Notes under the pieces: model-generated | Databases searched by the model: none | What the model was told of the DNA's origin: nothing | What the model saw: only the letters and a program-made list of their open reading frames with translations | In this document: piece by piece, positions 47,715-57,273 of the stretch | How the letters are laid out: each line of letters starts with the position of its first letter | Position numbering within the stretch: position 1 is the stretch's first letter | Translations under genes and position numbers: made by a program | NCBI GenBank assembly: GCA_040879685.1 | Contig: JBBDJW010000005.1 | Coordinates: forward strand, 21,741 to 85,740 | Length of the DNA: 64,000 nt | Source of the DNA: Minisyncoccota bacterium | Lineage (GTDB): Bacteria > Patescibacteriota > Minisyncoccia > Phycocordibacterales > UBA2135 | Direction: 5' to 3'

Positions 47715-48305
47715 TTATGCGACGGCGGTGCAAGCGGGAAAGATGATGGGGTGCTCGTCTGTAAAAGAGCATCCGCATTCTTTCTCGTGGAGTGACATCA
47801 GTTCGTCACGATGGCGAATAAGGGCTTCAGCGAGCTTACGATCAGCTTCAGCGCCCCTCCGACCAGCTTCAGCGCGCTTACGATTAGCTTCATCACGCTC
47901 CCGACGAGCTTCATCGTACTTCCGCTCAGCTTCAGCGAGCCTCCGATGAGCTTCATTCCACTCCCGATCAGCTTCAATGAGTCTCCGCTGAGCTTCATCA
48001 CGCTCCCGATTAGCTTCATCGTACTTCCGCTCAGCTTCAGCGAGCTTACACACAGCATCTTCAACCTCAGAAGGAATCTCTCCCATAACCGGTTTGAAGA
48101 GCTGGAGACGGAGCTCTCGTTCGTCTACGAATTTTTCCACGATACACGCCACCCGCTCCTTGTAATCCCAGCAGAACTCAATCGCTTCTTCGTTGTGATG
48201 CACATGCCAGTACATACCGGGAGTGAACGTTTTGATACGTTCATCAACAAGTTCTGCTGTCTCCTGGCTGACGCCTTTCACCTCACTCCAGTTTATACTT
48301 TCCAT
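47715..48305 (-). CDS. Hypothetical protein with internal heptad-repeat coiled coil and His/Cys-rich ends
   Basis: WHVHH near the N-terminus, 11 EAxRxxx heptads, LHEKECGC..IIFP at the C-terminus, purine-rich SD and own terminator. Confidence 0.8.
   Translation of the reverse strand: MESINWSEVKGVSQETAELVDERIKTFTPGMYWHVHHNEEAIEFCWDYKERVACIVEKFVDERELRLQLFKPVMGEIPSEVEDAVCKLAEAERKYDEANRERDEAQRRLIEADREWNEAHRRLAEAERKYDEARRERDEANRKRAEAGRRGAEADRKLAEALIRHRDELMSLHEKECGCSFTDEHPIIFPACTAVA
47823..48053. repeat. 11 x 21-bp coding tandem repeat
   Basis: (A)GCTTCA starts every unit at 21-bp spacing. Units 4-6 are duplicated as units 9-11. Confidence 0.92.
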
Positions 48306-48427
48306 CTTCTCTCTCTCTTGTTTGTGAATCTGTACACAGATTGTCATAGTGGAGTGTTTTTGTCAACCCCTCTACAACTCATCCAACGTCTAATGTTGGA
48401 CATTTTGTTTCAGCATAGCTTCTTTCA

Positions 48428-49699
48428 TTAACGGGATAAAAATTTTCTCCCCCGAGACTTAGTGTGAAAGGCAAGCGCGAAGCGATGTGCCTCATAATTG
48501 GCAAGGAGGATAGCTTTTTCATAATGCTTCTTATAGAAAGCACTCCCTTTGATTTCACGAGGTTTATGGTGCTCGTCTTTAACAACACTCACAATAGGGA
48601 TAGACATATCGTGTGAAGCAATAATTTTCTCAGCCACACGCTTTTGAGCAACCCCGCCGTCAACAACAATTAAATCTGGAAGTGGCCACTCGTTGTGGCG
48701 CATACGGCGCGTTAAAATTTCGGCAAGCGCGCCCACATCATCACCTCCCTTTGCTTCACGAATACTAAACTTTCGATACGAAGACGTATCCGTCTCTCCA
48801 CCCACGACGACAACCATGACGCCACCAGTATCTTTGCCTCCAGTATGGGCCACATCATACCCCTCAATACGGAACGTGTTGTACTCTCTTCCATCAAATT
48901 TGCTGGGAAGAAGCGCAACATCTTGAATATGATTCAACGAAAAAATAGTTTTTTTAATTTCTCCAGCCCGCTCATATTCCCTCTCGCGCGCCGAGTGCTT
49001 CATTTCTTTCTCTAGCTTGCGTATGAGGGTCTTTTTCTTTCCGGAAAAGAACATCTCTATATTGCGAATCCGTTCACGATACACCTTTTTTTCTATCTCA
49101 CCGAGACATACGCCAGGACACAGGCCAATCTGATATGAAAAACACGGCCGTGCTTTCTCCTTGGGGGTGAGCTCCACTTTGGGAGTACATCTCTTGTCCC
49201 TGAACGGAAAAATTTTTCTTACAATACCGAGTGCTCTCTTTAAGGTTGTACCTTGCGGGAAGGGCCCAAAGAGGGAGCGAATTTTCCCTGTATCTTTTTG
49301 TTTCAAAAGATCTCGATGGCGCATCACCACAACCTGCGGAAACGCTTCTTTGGTAATAACAATATAATTGAAGCTCTTATCATCTTTCTCTTTTACATTA
49401 TATTTCGGCTGATACTTTTTTATTAAATATGCCTCTACAATAAGCGCCTCAAGGACTGAGTCTGTCTTTTTAATACTTATGTCATGTGCTTTTTCAACCA
49501 TCCGTAAAATAGCCGGGGAACGAGATTCTGGAAGCCCCGCACTAAAATAACTCCGTACACGATTGGAGAGAGAACCAGCCTTCCCAATATAGAGAACCTC
49601 CCTTCCCCGCACCCCTTCTTGAGAAGTTTTTTTACCAAGAAAAAAATACACGCCGGGCGTATGAGGAAGCTTTTTTTTCTGTAGTGCTTGAAGATTCAT
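48428..49699 (-). CDS. uvrC: Excinuclease ABC subunit C (short, no C-terminal HhH)
   Basis: GIY-YIG (PGVY..LYIGKA..L..RV.SYF), Cys cluster, UVR motif, RIEGYD, DGG, EAHRFAL. Confidence 0.93.
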   Translation of the reverse strand: MNLQALQKKKLPHTPGVYFFLGKKTSQEGVRGREVLYIGKAGSLSNRVRSYFSAGLPESRSPAILRMVEKAHDISIKKTDSVLEALIVEAYLIKKYQPKYNVKEKDDKSFNYIVITKEAFPQVVVMRHRDLLKQKDTGKIRSLFGPFPQGTTLKRALGIVRKIFPFRDKRCTPKVELTPKEKARPCFSYQIGLCPGVCLGEIEKKVYRERIRNIEMFFSGKKKTLIRKLEKEMKHSAREREYERAGEIKKTIFSLNHIQDVALLPSKFDGREYNTFRIEGYDVAHTGGKDTGGVMVVVVGGETDTSSYRKFSIREAKGGDDVGALAEILTRRMRHNEWPLPDLIVVDGGVAQKRVAEKIIASHDMSIPIVSVVKDEHHKPREIKGSAFYKKHYEKAILLANYEAHRFALAFHTKSRGRKFLSR

Positions 49700-49766
49700 G
49701 GTATTTAGAGTATCATACAATTTTAGAACACTTCTTTTTTAGACAACCAACAAAGGGGAGATCAGG

Positions 49767-50126
49767 ATGTTAGAAAAATCTACTTCAAAAGCTTTTGAAG
49801 AAGCGGATTTGCCAGCTAATAAGGATAGGATTGAGAAAGCAATATGCAGATACATCCGCAAACAATTTGAAAAAATTGTTAAAAACACTTTTAACGAACA
49901 CGGAACACAAGATTCCGAACCTGCCCGCGAAGCTATCCGCCATCAACTCGACATGGTTGGAACTGCCGCAGACAGAGCCTTCTGGGATCTTTTTGAAGAA
50001 AAGGATGAGTTACCTGAAACTGAGTGGCATACTCTGTATAAATTTTCTCTCTGGACGGCTGAAAAAGAAAAACACCCATTCTATCAGAGAGTAAACTCGG
50101 AAAAAGCTCTTTGTGTTACTCTTTAG
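49767..50126 (+). CDS. Hypothetical protein (orphan)
   Basis: 119-aa ORF with AAGGGGAG SD, followed by a hairpin shared with uvrA. Confidence 0.7.
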   Translation: MLEKSTSKAFEEADLPANKDRIEKAICRYIRKQFEKIVKNTFNEHGTQDSEPAREAIRHQLDMVGTAADRAFWDLFEEKDELPETEWHTLYKFSLWTAEKEKHPFYQRVNSEKALCVTL

Positions 50127-50135
50127 ATTTTTTTC

Positions 50136-50157
50136 AAAGACACCTTTTGGTGTCTTT
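50136..50157. terminator. Bidirectional terminator between the orphan and uvrA
   Basis: AAAGACACC-TTTT-GGTGTCTTT. Confidence 0.7.
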
Positions 50158-52810
50158 ATTTTTTGCGAATGGTTTTCTTATTTCTCTTTATTGCCTTTTC
50201 ATCAAGGACTTTTTTTAAATACCTTCCCGTAAGAGAATTTTTATCCTGTACCAGTGCTTCAGGAGTGCCTTGCGCGACCACCTTACCTCCTTTTTCTCCT
50301 CCAGAAGGACCAAAGTCAATAATATAATCAGCGCTTTTAATAATATCCATATTATGCTCAATCATCAAAACAGAATTGCCACGCGAAATGAGTTTTTGAA
50401 GTATTTCAATCAATTTTTTCACATCCTCATAATGAAGCCCTACGGTGGGCTCATCCAAGATATAAAGCGTCTTACTTGTAAGCGGACGATATAATTCTGA
50501 GGCAATCTTGACTCTCTGTGCCTCCCCTCCGGAGAGGGTCGTGGCAGGTTGGCCAAGTTCAAGATAACCAAGTCCCACCTCATCTAAGGTACTGAGACGG
50601 TCATAAATTGCTGGAATATCCTTGAAAAAAGAGAGGCTCTCCTCAACAGTCATTTTTAAACAATCATAAATTGATTTCCCTTTATATTTTACTTCAAGCG
50701 TCTCCTTTTGAAATCGTTTTCCTCCACACACATCACATGAGACATACACAGTCGGCAAAAAGTGCATTTCCACAGCAATAACTCCATTCCCCATACATGC
50801 CTCACACCTTCCTCCTTTCACATTAAACGAGAATCTCCCCGGCTTCCACCCTCGTTGGCGCGCCTCACTGGTGAGCGCAAAAAGATCTCTCATATGCGTA
50901 AAGGTGCCGGTGTACGTTGCCGGATTTGAACGAGGTGTTCTCCCAATGGGAGTTTGGTCAATCAAAGAAGTTCTGTTAATGTATTCTGCGCCTGTAAACG
51001 ATGTGCAGTTATAAACGGCGGGGTTATTTCTTTTTCGTTCAAATTTACTTTGTAGGTTTTTGTAAATAATCTCATAAACAAAGGATGATTTGCCTGAACC
51101 GGAGACGCCCGTCACTACACACATCCTCCCAAGTGGCACGGTAACATTTAGTTTTGTGATGTTAAAGACCTCTCCACCACGCACCTTAAGCGAGCCACGC
51201 TCTTCGCAACGACGCTTCTCCGGCAAAGGAACTTCCCTCTCCCCACGCAAATAATCAAGCGTCAATGATTGATACTTCTTTTTGTCTTTCAGCGCTGTTT
51301 CAAGTTCCTCTGAAACCATAACCTCCCCACCGTGAATACCGGCGGCAGGGCCAATGTCAACGATATAATCAGCAGAAAAAATAGTATCTTCATCATGCTC
51401 AACAACAATAATTGTGTTGCCGATATCACGTAAATCCTGCAGTGTTGCAATTAAACGGTCATTGTCGGAAGGATGAAGACCGATGGTCGGCTCATCCAAG
51501 ACATAGAGCGCGCCAACAAGGCGTGAGCCTAATTGTGAAGCAAGCCTCATGCGCTGTGCCTCACCGCCAGAGAGTGTATTTGCCCGCCTATTGAGCGTTA
51601 GATATTCAATGCCGACATTGATCATAAAAGAAAGGCGGCTGGTTATCTCGCGAATCACCATATTTGAAATTTCCTGTTCTGTCTCAGAAAGTTTTACTTT
51701 TTGGAAAAATTCGGTTGCGTTTTCAATAGAAAGTCCCACAAGGTCAACAATGTTTATTCCTCCATCTTGAGGCCCGGCACCAAGATAGACATGGAGTGCT
51801 TCTTTACGAAGTCGCGCACCCTGACATTCTGGGCATACTTCAACACCATTAAAAAAACGTGTTCCTAGTCCATTACATTCCGGACATGCGCCGGCAGGAG
51901 AGTTAAATGAAAAAAGCCGTGGCTCTATTTCAGGATATGAAAAGCCATCATACGGACACATAAATTTCGCACTCACAAGACGTTCTTTACTCGCCCCTCC
52001 CACACCTCCTTCTGGAATCTCAAAACGTATAAGCCCGTCGGTATGATGAAGCGCCCTCTCCAGCGCGTCAGAGAGCCGCTCACGCGCTGCATTTTTGTTG
52101 TCCTGAAATTCACTAATATAAAGCTCATCAACCACCACATCAATATCATGCTTTTTATTTTTATTCATCTCAATTCGTTCACGAAGTGCTTTCATGACGC
52201 CATCAATTCTAACTGTGCTATACCCTTTATCAAGTAAGTCATAGAGGAGTTGGTAATACTCCCCCTTTCGCCCCACAACAACAGGAGCGAAAATTCTCAC
52301 CTTCATAGCGTCTACAGCAACGCCGAGCACCTTCTTTGATTTTTGTTTTTTAGAAAGAGTAAGAACTTCTTCTGTAATAAGGTTTATAATTTCTTCATTT
52401 GAAAGCTTTTTAATTTCTCTGCCACACTCCAAACAGTGCGGTCTGCCGATGCGCGCATAAAGCACTCGCAGATAATCGTATATCTCCGTGATGGTGGCAA
52501 CGGTTGAGCGAGGATTTGATGAGGCCGATTTTTGGTCAATAGAAATTGCCGGTGAGAGTCCTGAAATTTCATCAACATCCGGCTTCTGCATTTGGCGTAG
52601 GAATTGTCGGGCATATGACGAAAGAGACTCAACATAGCGCCTCTGCCCCTCTGCAAAGATGGTGTCAAAAGCAAGTGATGACTTGCCCGAACCGGAAAGA
52701 CCTGTGAAAACAATCATTTTTTCGCGCGGAATCTCCACGGTGATATTCTTTAAGTTATGAGTTCGCGCACCCTTCACAACTATTTTTCCTTTATTATTTT
52801 TTTTCTCCAT
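50156..52810 (-). CDS. uvrA: Excinuclease ABC subunit A (insertion domain absent)
   Basis: [17 protein letters not shown], two [13 protein letters not shown] modules, three Zn modules. Start moved to ATG 52810. Confidence 0.97.
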   Translation of the reverse strand: MEKKNNKGKIVVKGARTHNLKNITVEIPREKMIVFTGLSGSGKSSLAFDTIFAEGQRRYVESLSSYARQFLRQMQKPDVDEISGLSPAISIDQKSASSNPRSTVATITEIYDYLRVLYARIGRPHCLECGREIKKLSNEEIINLITEEVLTLSKKQKSKKVLGVAVDAMKVRIFAPVVVGRKGEYYQLLYDLLDKGYSTVRIDGVMKALRERIEMNKNKKHDIDVVVDELYISEFQDNKNAARERLSDALERALHHTDGLIRFEIPEGGVGGASKERLVSAKFMCPYDGFSYPEIEPRLFSFNSPAGACPECNGLGTRFFNGVEVCPECQGARLRKEALHVYLGAGPQDGGINIVDLVGLSIENATEFFQKVKLSETEQEISNMVIREITSRLSFMINVGIEYLTLNRRANTLSGGEAQRMRLASQLGSRLVGALYVLDEPTIGLHPSDNDRLIATLQDLRDIGNTIIVVEHDEDTIFSADYIVDIGPAAGIHGGEVMVSEELETALKDKKKYQSLTLDYLRGEREVPLPEKRRCEERGSLKVRGGEVFNITKLNVTVPLGRMCVVTGVSGSGKSSFVYEIIYKNLQSKFERKRNNPAVYNCTSFTGAEYINRTSLIDQTPIGRTPRSNPATYTGTFTHMRDLFALTSEARQRGWKPGRFSFNVKGGRCEACMGNGVIAVEMHFLPTVYVSCDVCGGKRFQKETLEVKYKGKSIYDCLKMTVEESLSFFKDIPAIYDRLSTLDEVGLGYLELGQPATTLSGGEAQRVKIASELYRPLTSKTLYILDEPTVGLHYEDVKKLIEILQKLISRGNSVLMIEHNMDIIKSADYIIDFGPSGGEKGGKVVAQGTPEALVQDKNSLTGRYLKKVLDEKAIKRNKKTIRKK

Positions 52811-52982
52811 ACTACCTAAAAACACAAGAGCACTCCCCCGTCGTGTCCGTAGGGGGAGTGTGTCTTTCTTTAATACTAGAAACCTACCATGAAATACCCC
52901 TAAGTACAACTCGCAGTAAACCTTTGTGCTTTCCATGGGATTATGCAAAGAAAAAGCCGCGTCTTAAAAAGAGCGGCTTATA

Positions 52983-53077
52983 TGGCGTTAGATTGAATCC
53001 CGGAGAAGCTCCGGTCTGCTGTAGTCCTTAGACCTTTGGTACAAGTATTAGACCCGCCTTCCGAAGTTCAATCTAAC
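52983..53077 (-). ncRNA. Candidate ~95-nt rod-shaped small RNA with own promoter and terminator
   Basis: TGcTATACT at 53092-53084, 11-bp terminal stem GUUAGAUUGAA/UUCAAUCUAAC plus 3' GCCA, terminator at 52954-52979. Confidence 0.6.
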
Positions 53078-53322
53078 AAAAGCAGTATAGCAGATGGATA
53101 GTTTTAAGCAACCCCATCTATGACCGCAGGTACTTTTGCACTCCGCTGGTAATTTCTCATAGTGTAGTAGTTTTCCAACCGGTGTCAGCTTGTTCCGTAT
53201 TGTAGAAGAGGAGCCACTACATACTATAGAGTATATGTGTTTATTACTTATAACGATAAGAACCTATACCCCATACTACGCTATAGCGTATAATAGGGTA
53301 TAGGTAGTAACTCAATAGAGGT

Positions 53323-53365
53323 GGTTATTAAAATATGGACATCGGATGTCCATATTTTAATAACC
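53323..53365. repeat. REP-like palindrome family C inside a perfect 43-nt palindrome
   Basis: GGTTATTAAAATATGGACATC-G-GATGTCCATATTTTAATAACC, core repeated at 58286-58300. Confidence 0.8.
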
Positions 53366-53388
53366 CAACCACCTAAAGACTAAGGGCT

Positions 53389-55410
53389 TCATGACTTCTC
53401 TTGGAGAGCAAGAATCTCATCACGCAGAAGTGCTGCCGTCTCAAAGTCTAAAATCTTAACCGCTTCGTTCATCTGACGCTCTTTTTCTTTGATGAGCTTC
53501 TTGGGTGCCCTTTTATAGAGATCTCGGTCAACTTCAAGAAGCGTTTTGAGCGCTCGCTCATGCTCGCTTTCAAGCTGTTGTGTAATATCATTAATCGCCT
53601 TCTTGATACCTTGCGGAGTAATGCCGTGTTTTTTATTGTATGCTTCTTGAATTTCTCGTCTACGCTGTGTCTCATCAAGCGCTCGTTGCATAGAGCCTGT
53701 TATCTTATCGGCATAGAGAATCACTTTTCCATTGATATTACGCGCCGCACGGCCAATGGTCTGAATGAGAGATGTCTCGCTCCGTAAAAATCCCTCTTTA
53801 TCAGCATCCAGAATCCCAATAAGAGAAACCTCCGGCAAATCCAGTCCTTCCCGCAAAAGATTCACTCCCACAAGACAATCAAACACCCCCCTTCTAAAAT
53901 CAGTAAGTATTTTTATTCGTTCAATTGTTTTGACATCGCTGTGCACAAACTCCGCCTTCACACCCTTTTCATTAAGGTAAGTTGTCAAATCTTCTGCCAT
54001 GCGCTTGGTAAGCGTTGTTACCATCGTACGATCTCCCTTTTTCACCACGCGCACTGCCTTGTCAATAAAGTCATGAATCTGCCCTTTATACTCACCCTTT
54101 TCAATAACTCCACAAACGACAAGCTCGGGGTCCAAAAGCCCCGTAGGGCGTATCACCTGCTCAACAATGTGCATCGGATCGGTGTTTTCTCTTTCATATG
54201 CTCCGGGAGTTGCCGAAGTGTAGAGTCGTTGCCCCACACGTTCCTCAAATTCATAAAATTTCAAAGGACGGTTATCAAGCGCTGAAGGAAGTCTGAAACC
54301 ATGTTCTACTAAATTTTTCTTTCGTGAAGCATCTCCTACATGCATACCCGCAAGCTGAGGGATGCTAACATGAGACTCATCTATAATGGTCAAGAAATCC
54401 GCGCTTCCGTCCTTGTTTCTAGGAAAGTATGAAAGAAGTGTATCGGGCGCTTCGCCTTTTTTCTTGCCAGAGAGATGTCGTGAATAATTTTCAATGCCGT
54501 TACAATACCCAACTTCACGAAGAAGTGTGATGTCGCCTTTTGTTCTGCGTACAAGTCTGTCTGCCTCAAGAATTTTGCCCATATCCTGAAGCTCTTTTAC
54601 TCTTTGTTTTAGTTCGGCTTGTATGTTTTTAATCGCTCCCTCCAATCGTTCTTTGTTAGTAACAAAATGCTTTGCCGGAAAAAGATAATATATATCAACT
54701 TCTTCAAGTATGGTGTTGCTTACAGGATCAATCTTCACAATGCGAGAAACCTCATCTCCATCAAGCTCAACGCGAAATGTCTGCCTCACATTAACCGGCA
54801 TAATCTCAACCACGTTGCCGATAACCCGAAAGTATCCCGGAGTAAGATCAGCTGGCGTCCTTTCAAAATACAAAGAAACGAGGAGCCTTAAAAATTCCTT
54901 TCTACTTGCCTTCATTCCTTTTTTAATCTCCAAGTGCTCTTTTCTATACTCATCAGGACTTCCTAATCCATAGATTGCAGAGACAGAAGCAACCACAATA
55001 ACATCACGTCTGCTTAAAAGGTCTTGCGTTGTCGCGTGCCGAAGGCGGTCAATCTCTTCATTGACCTGTGCTTCTTTTTCAATATAGGTGTCTGAAATAG
55101 GAACATACGCCTCCGGTTGGTAATAATCATAATACGAAACGAAATAGTGCACCGCATTATTTGGAAAAAAATCTCGGTATTCCTGTACAAGCTGAGCGGC
55201 AAGCGTCTTATTGTGAGCAATGATAAGCGTTGGCTTATTTATACGCTCAATAATATTTGCCGCCGTAAATGTCTTACCTGAACCCGTCACACCCAAAAGC
55301 GTCTGGTGCTTTACACCGGTTTTAATGCCACGATACAGTGCCTCAATCGCCTTAGGCTGGTCGCCTTCCGGTTTGTAGTGCGAGGAAAGTTCTAGATTTT
55401 TTTGCGCCAT
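53389..55410 (-). CDS. uvrB: Excinuclease ABC subunit B
   Basis: GDQP, GVTGSGKT, YYDYYQPEAY, IDESH, LLREGLD, QTIGRAARN, C-terminal UVR. Confidence 0.98.
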   Translation of the reverse strand: MAQKNLELSSHYKPEGDQPKAIEALYRGIKTGVKHQTLLGVTGSGKTFTAANIIERINKPTLIIAHNKTLAAQLVQEYRDFFPNNAVHYFVSYYDYYQPEAYVPISDTYIEKEAQVNEEIDRLRHATTQDLLSRRDVIVVASVSAIYGLGSPDEYRKEHLEIKKGMKASRKEFLRLLVSLYFERTPADLTPGYFRVIGNVVEIMPVNVRQTFRVELDGDEVSRIVKIDPVSNTILEEVDIYYLFPAKHFVTNKERLEGAIKNIQAELKQRVKELQDMGKILEADRLVRRTKGDITLLREVGYCNGIENYSRHLSGKKKGEAPDTLLSYFPRNKDGSADFLTIIDESHVSIPQLAGMHVGDASRKKNLVEHGFRLPSALDNRPLKFYEFEERVGQRLYTSATPGAYERENTDPMHIVEQVIRPTGLLDPELVVCGVIEKGEYKGQIHDFIDKAVRVVKKGDRTMVTTLTKRMAEDLTTYLNEKGVKAEFVHSDVKTIERIKILTDFRRGVFDCLVGVNLLREGLDLPEVSLIGILDADKEGFLRSETSLIQTIGRAARNINGKVILYADKITGSMQRALDETQRRREIQEAYNKKHGITPQGIKKAINDITQQLESEHERALKTLLEVDRDLYKRAPKKLIKEKERQMNEAVKILDFETAALLRDEILALQEKS

Positions 55411-55736
55411 AGAAATGGAGTATAGCGCAAAGAGAGGTTTTATAAAAATGCCTGAACCTTTTCCAATACGCCAGACGCCTGGCGTATTGGAAAATTATGC
55501 AAAGGAGGACTTTACCCCCAGCGCTTGCCCCGCCATCTGGAAATACATACCCGGCAGTAATACAATGTCCAAAATCTGATTTATGACATTGTTTTGAAAT
55601 TTTGGACACTCCTTGTATCATAAAAACATTCAAACATTATTGATAATGTTTAAATGTTTTACTCTCTTCTCTACTACTGCCGACCGACCACCTGCCGGCA
55701 GGCCTTATACACGCTTTCTCCTCACCACTTTACTTT

Positions 55737-55778
55737 AAAATTATATATTCAGACCTATAGGTCTGAATATATAATTTT
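55737..55778. repeat. Perfect 42-nt loopless palindrome
   Basis: AAAATTATATATTCAGACCTA|TAGGTCTGAATATATAATTTT. Confidence 0.85.
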
Positions 55779-55883
55779 CTCTCTCTTCACTCCTTTCTAC
55801 CTGCCGGCAAGCAGACTCCTCCCTCCTCATTCCCTCTCTGCCGGCAAGTTTACCCTTTATTACACCTATACAAAATACCTATA

Positions 55884-56099
55884 CTAAATCACTCCTATCT
55901 CCAATAGATAACCAGCAACGACAAGCACAACGCCCGACCAGCCGACAAACTGCTCTATCTTCATTGTTGTAAAAACTTTTCGGTCAATTTTATGTTCACG
56001 CAATACGCGATGATGTACCCGAAGCGCGGCATAAGCAATAAAGAGTGTCCCAAGAACCTCAAGAGTAAGTCCCATGTTGCTTGTTATTGCACCTATCAT
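55884..56099 (-). CDS. Small two-helix membrane protein
   Basis: Two hydrophobic segments around VHHRVLREHKID, 3 nt after the trxB stop. Confidence 0.75.
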   Translation of the reverse strand: MIGAITSNMGLTLEVLGTLFIAYAALRVHHRVLREHKIDRKVFTTMKIEQFVGWSGVVLVVAGYLLEIGVI

Positions 56100-56102
56100 A
56101 AA

Positions 56103-57086
56103 TTATTTTTGTATGAGCTTATGTTTGGAAGGTTGTTGATGAAGTGGACACAAATCACCATGCTTTTTTATCTCTTCATAAGCTGAAGTGGCGGCAAGCG
56201 CTCCTGATGCGGCGGCAGTGATGGCCTGCTTAAAAGAACCAAAGTGGTTCATAGTATCCCCCGCAACCAAAAGTCCATCAACACCTGTGTGCATTGTGGC
56301 ATCAACTTCAATATAACCATGCTTGCCGAGCTTTACGCCAAGCGGTTTTACAAGCTCCACATGAGGAACATATCCTATCTGAACAAACAAAGCATCAACA
56401 ACAAGCTCCTTGCTTCCGTTAAATGCCTTTGTAAGAATTACCTTTTCAAACTTTTCATCTCCCACAATTTCTTTTACTTCCGTTTCCTGCAAAACCTCTA
56501 CTTTTTCTCCCACCCTCTCAAGATTCTCACGGTTAACCGGCTCGCCTGAGAGCGTCGCTTCGCGGTTTATGATATACACTTTTTCTGCATACTCTGAAGC
56601 GAGTGTCGCGGCCTTCACCGCGCTGTCTCCCCCACCAGCAATCGCGATTTTTTTGCCGGTATAGAGCGGGCCGTCGCACGTAACACAATAATGAACTCCT
56701 TTGCCTGTGAGCTCTTTTTCATTAGGGATGTTGAGTTTTCTGCTTTCAGCCCCACCGGCAAAGATAACAACTGTTGCGTGATAGCGCTCATCTCCCGCCA
56801 TCAATGTAAAGCAATGATTTTCTTTTTTTAAGCTCTTTACTTCCGTGCTTTTAAATTCTGCCCCAACTTCTTTGGCTTGCTCTTTCATAATTTTTGTGAG
56901 CTCATAGCCGTCAAGCGACTTCACACCAGGGTAGTTGGCAATTTTCCCCGCCGTTGCCGTCTCACCTCCCGGCTCTTTCTCAAAAACAACCGTATCAAGC
57001 AAGTAACGCCCGCAATAGAGACCCGCCGCAAGGCCTGCAACACCGGAGCCAATAATGGCAACGTCATAGATATTTTTTTTCTCCAT
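56103..57086 (-). CDS. trxB: Thioredoxin reductase
   Basis: IIGSGVAG..AG, YCVTCDG, GGGDSA, AGD..KQAITAA. Start moved to ATG 57086. Confidence 0.92.
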   Translation of the reverse strand: MEKKNIYDVAIIGSGVAGLAAGLYCGRYLLDTVVFEKEPGGETATAGKIANYPGVKSLDGYELTKIMKEQAKEVGAEFKSTEVKSLKKENHCFTLMAGDERYHATVVIFAGGAESRKLNIPNEKELTGKGVHYCVTCDGPLYTGKKIAIAGGGDSAVKAATLASEYAEKVYIINREATLSGEPVNRENLERVGEKVEVLQETEVKEIVGDEKFEKVILTKAFNGSKELVVDALFVQIGYVPHVELVKPLGVKLGKHGYIEVDATMHTGVDGLLVAGDTMNHFGSFKQAITAAASGALAATSAYEEIKKHGDLCPLHQQPSKHKLIQK

Positions 57087-57273
57087 TACGTTTATAATAC
57101 CACGCCAGGAGGACATTGGGTGAGCACGTGTGGATATCCCGATAGAGTAAAAGGTTAAGGGTATGTGTTTTTTTAGACACGCACGCCCAACTAATCGCAC
57201 GTTCTTACTCCTCAATCTTTCGGCTCTGATTTTGTATGTTATGTACCGCACTGCTCTATGCTACAATAAAAAC

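Noticed and set aside
47823-48053. CRISPR array or DGR repeat
   Set aside because: The units are contiguous 21-bp in-frame coding heptads without unique spacers, and there is no cas or reverse transcriptase gene in the window.
47811-48431. 206-aa + strand ORF
   Set aside because: It is the antisense shadow of the 21-bp repeat. The SD and terminator support the minus-strand gene.
51985-52015. Repeat-derived insertion in uvrA (PEGGVGGA)
   Set aside because: It shows no hairpin and is explainable as a Gly-rich variable loop.
52983-53077. tRNA gene
   Set aside because: It has a terminal stem and GCCA but no TTCRA T-loop, D-arm or anticodon arm.
53110-53220. Second RAYT 5' remnant (IRNKLTPVGKLLH) near the family C palindrome
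   Set aside because: The resemblance is too weak and no RG motif follows the His.
55352-55887. ORFs 55352-55633 and 55654-55887 as genes
   Set aside because: They are translations of palindrome-rich spacer DNA, overlap neighbouring genes and lack start signals.
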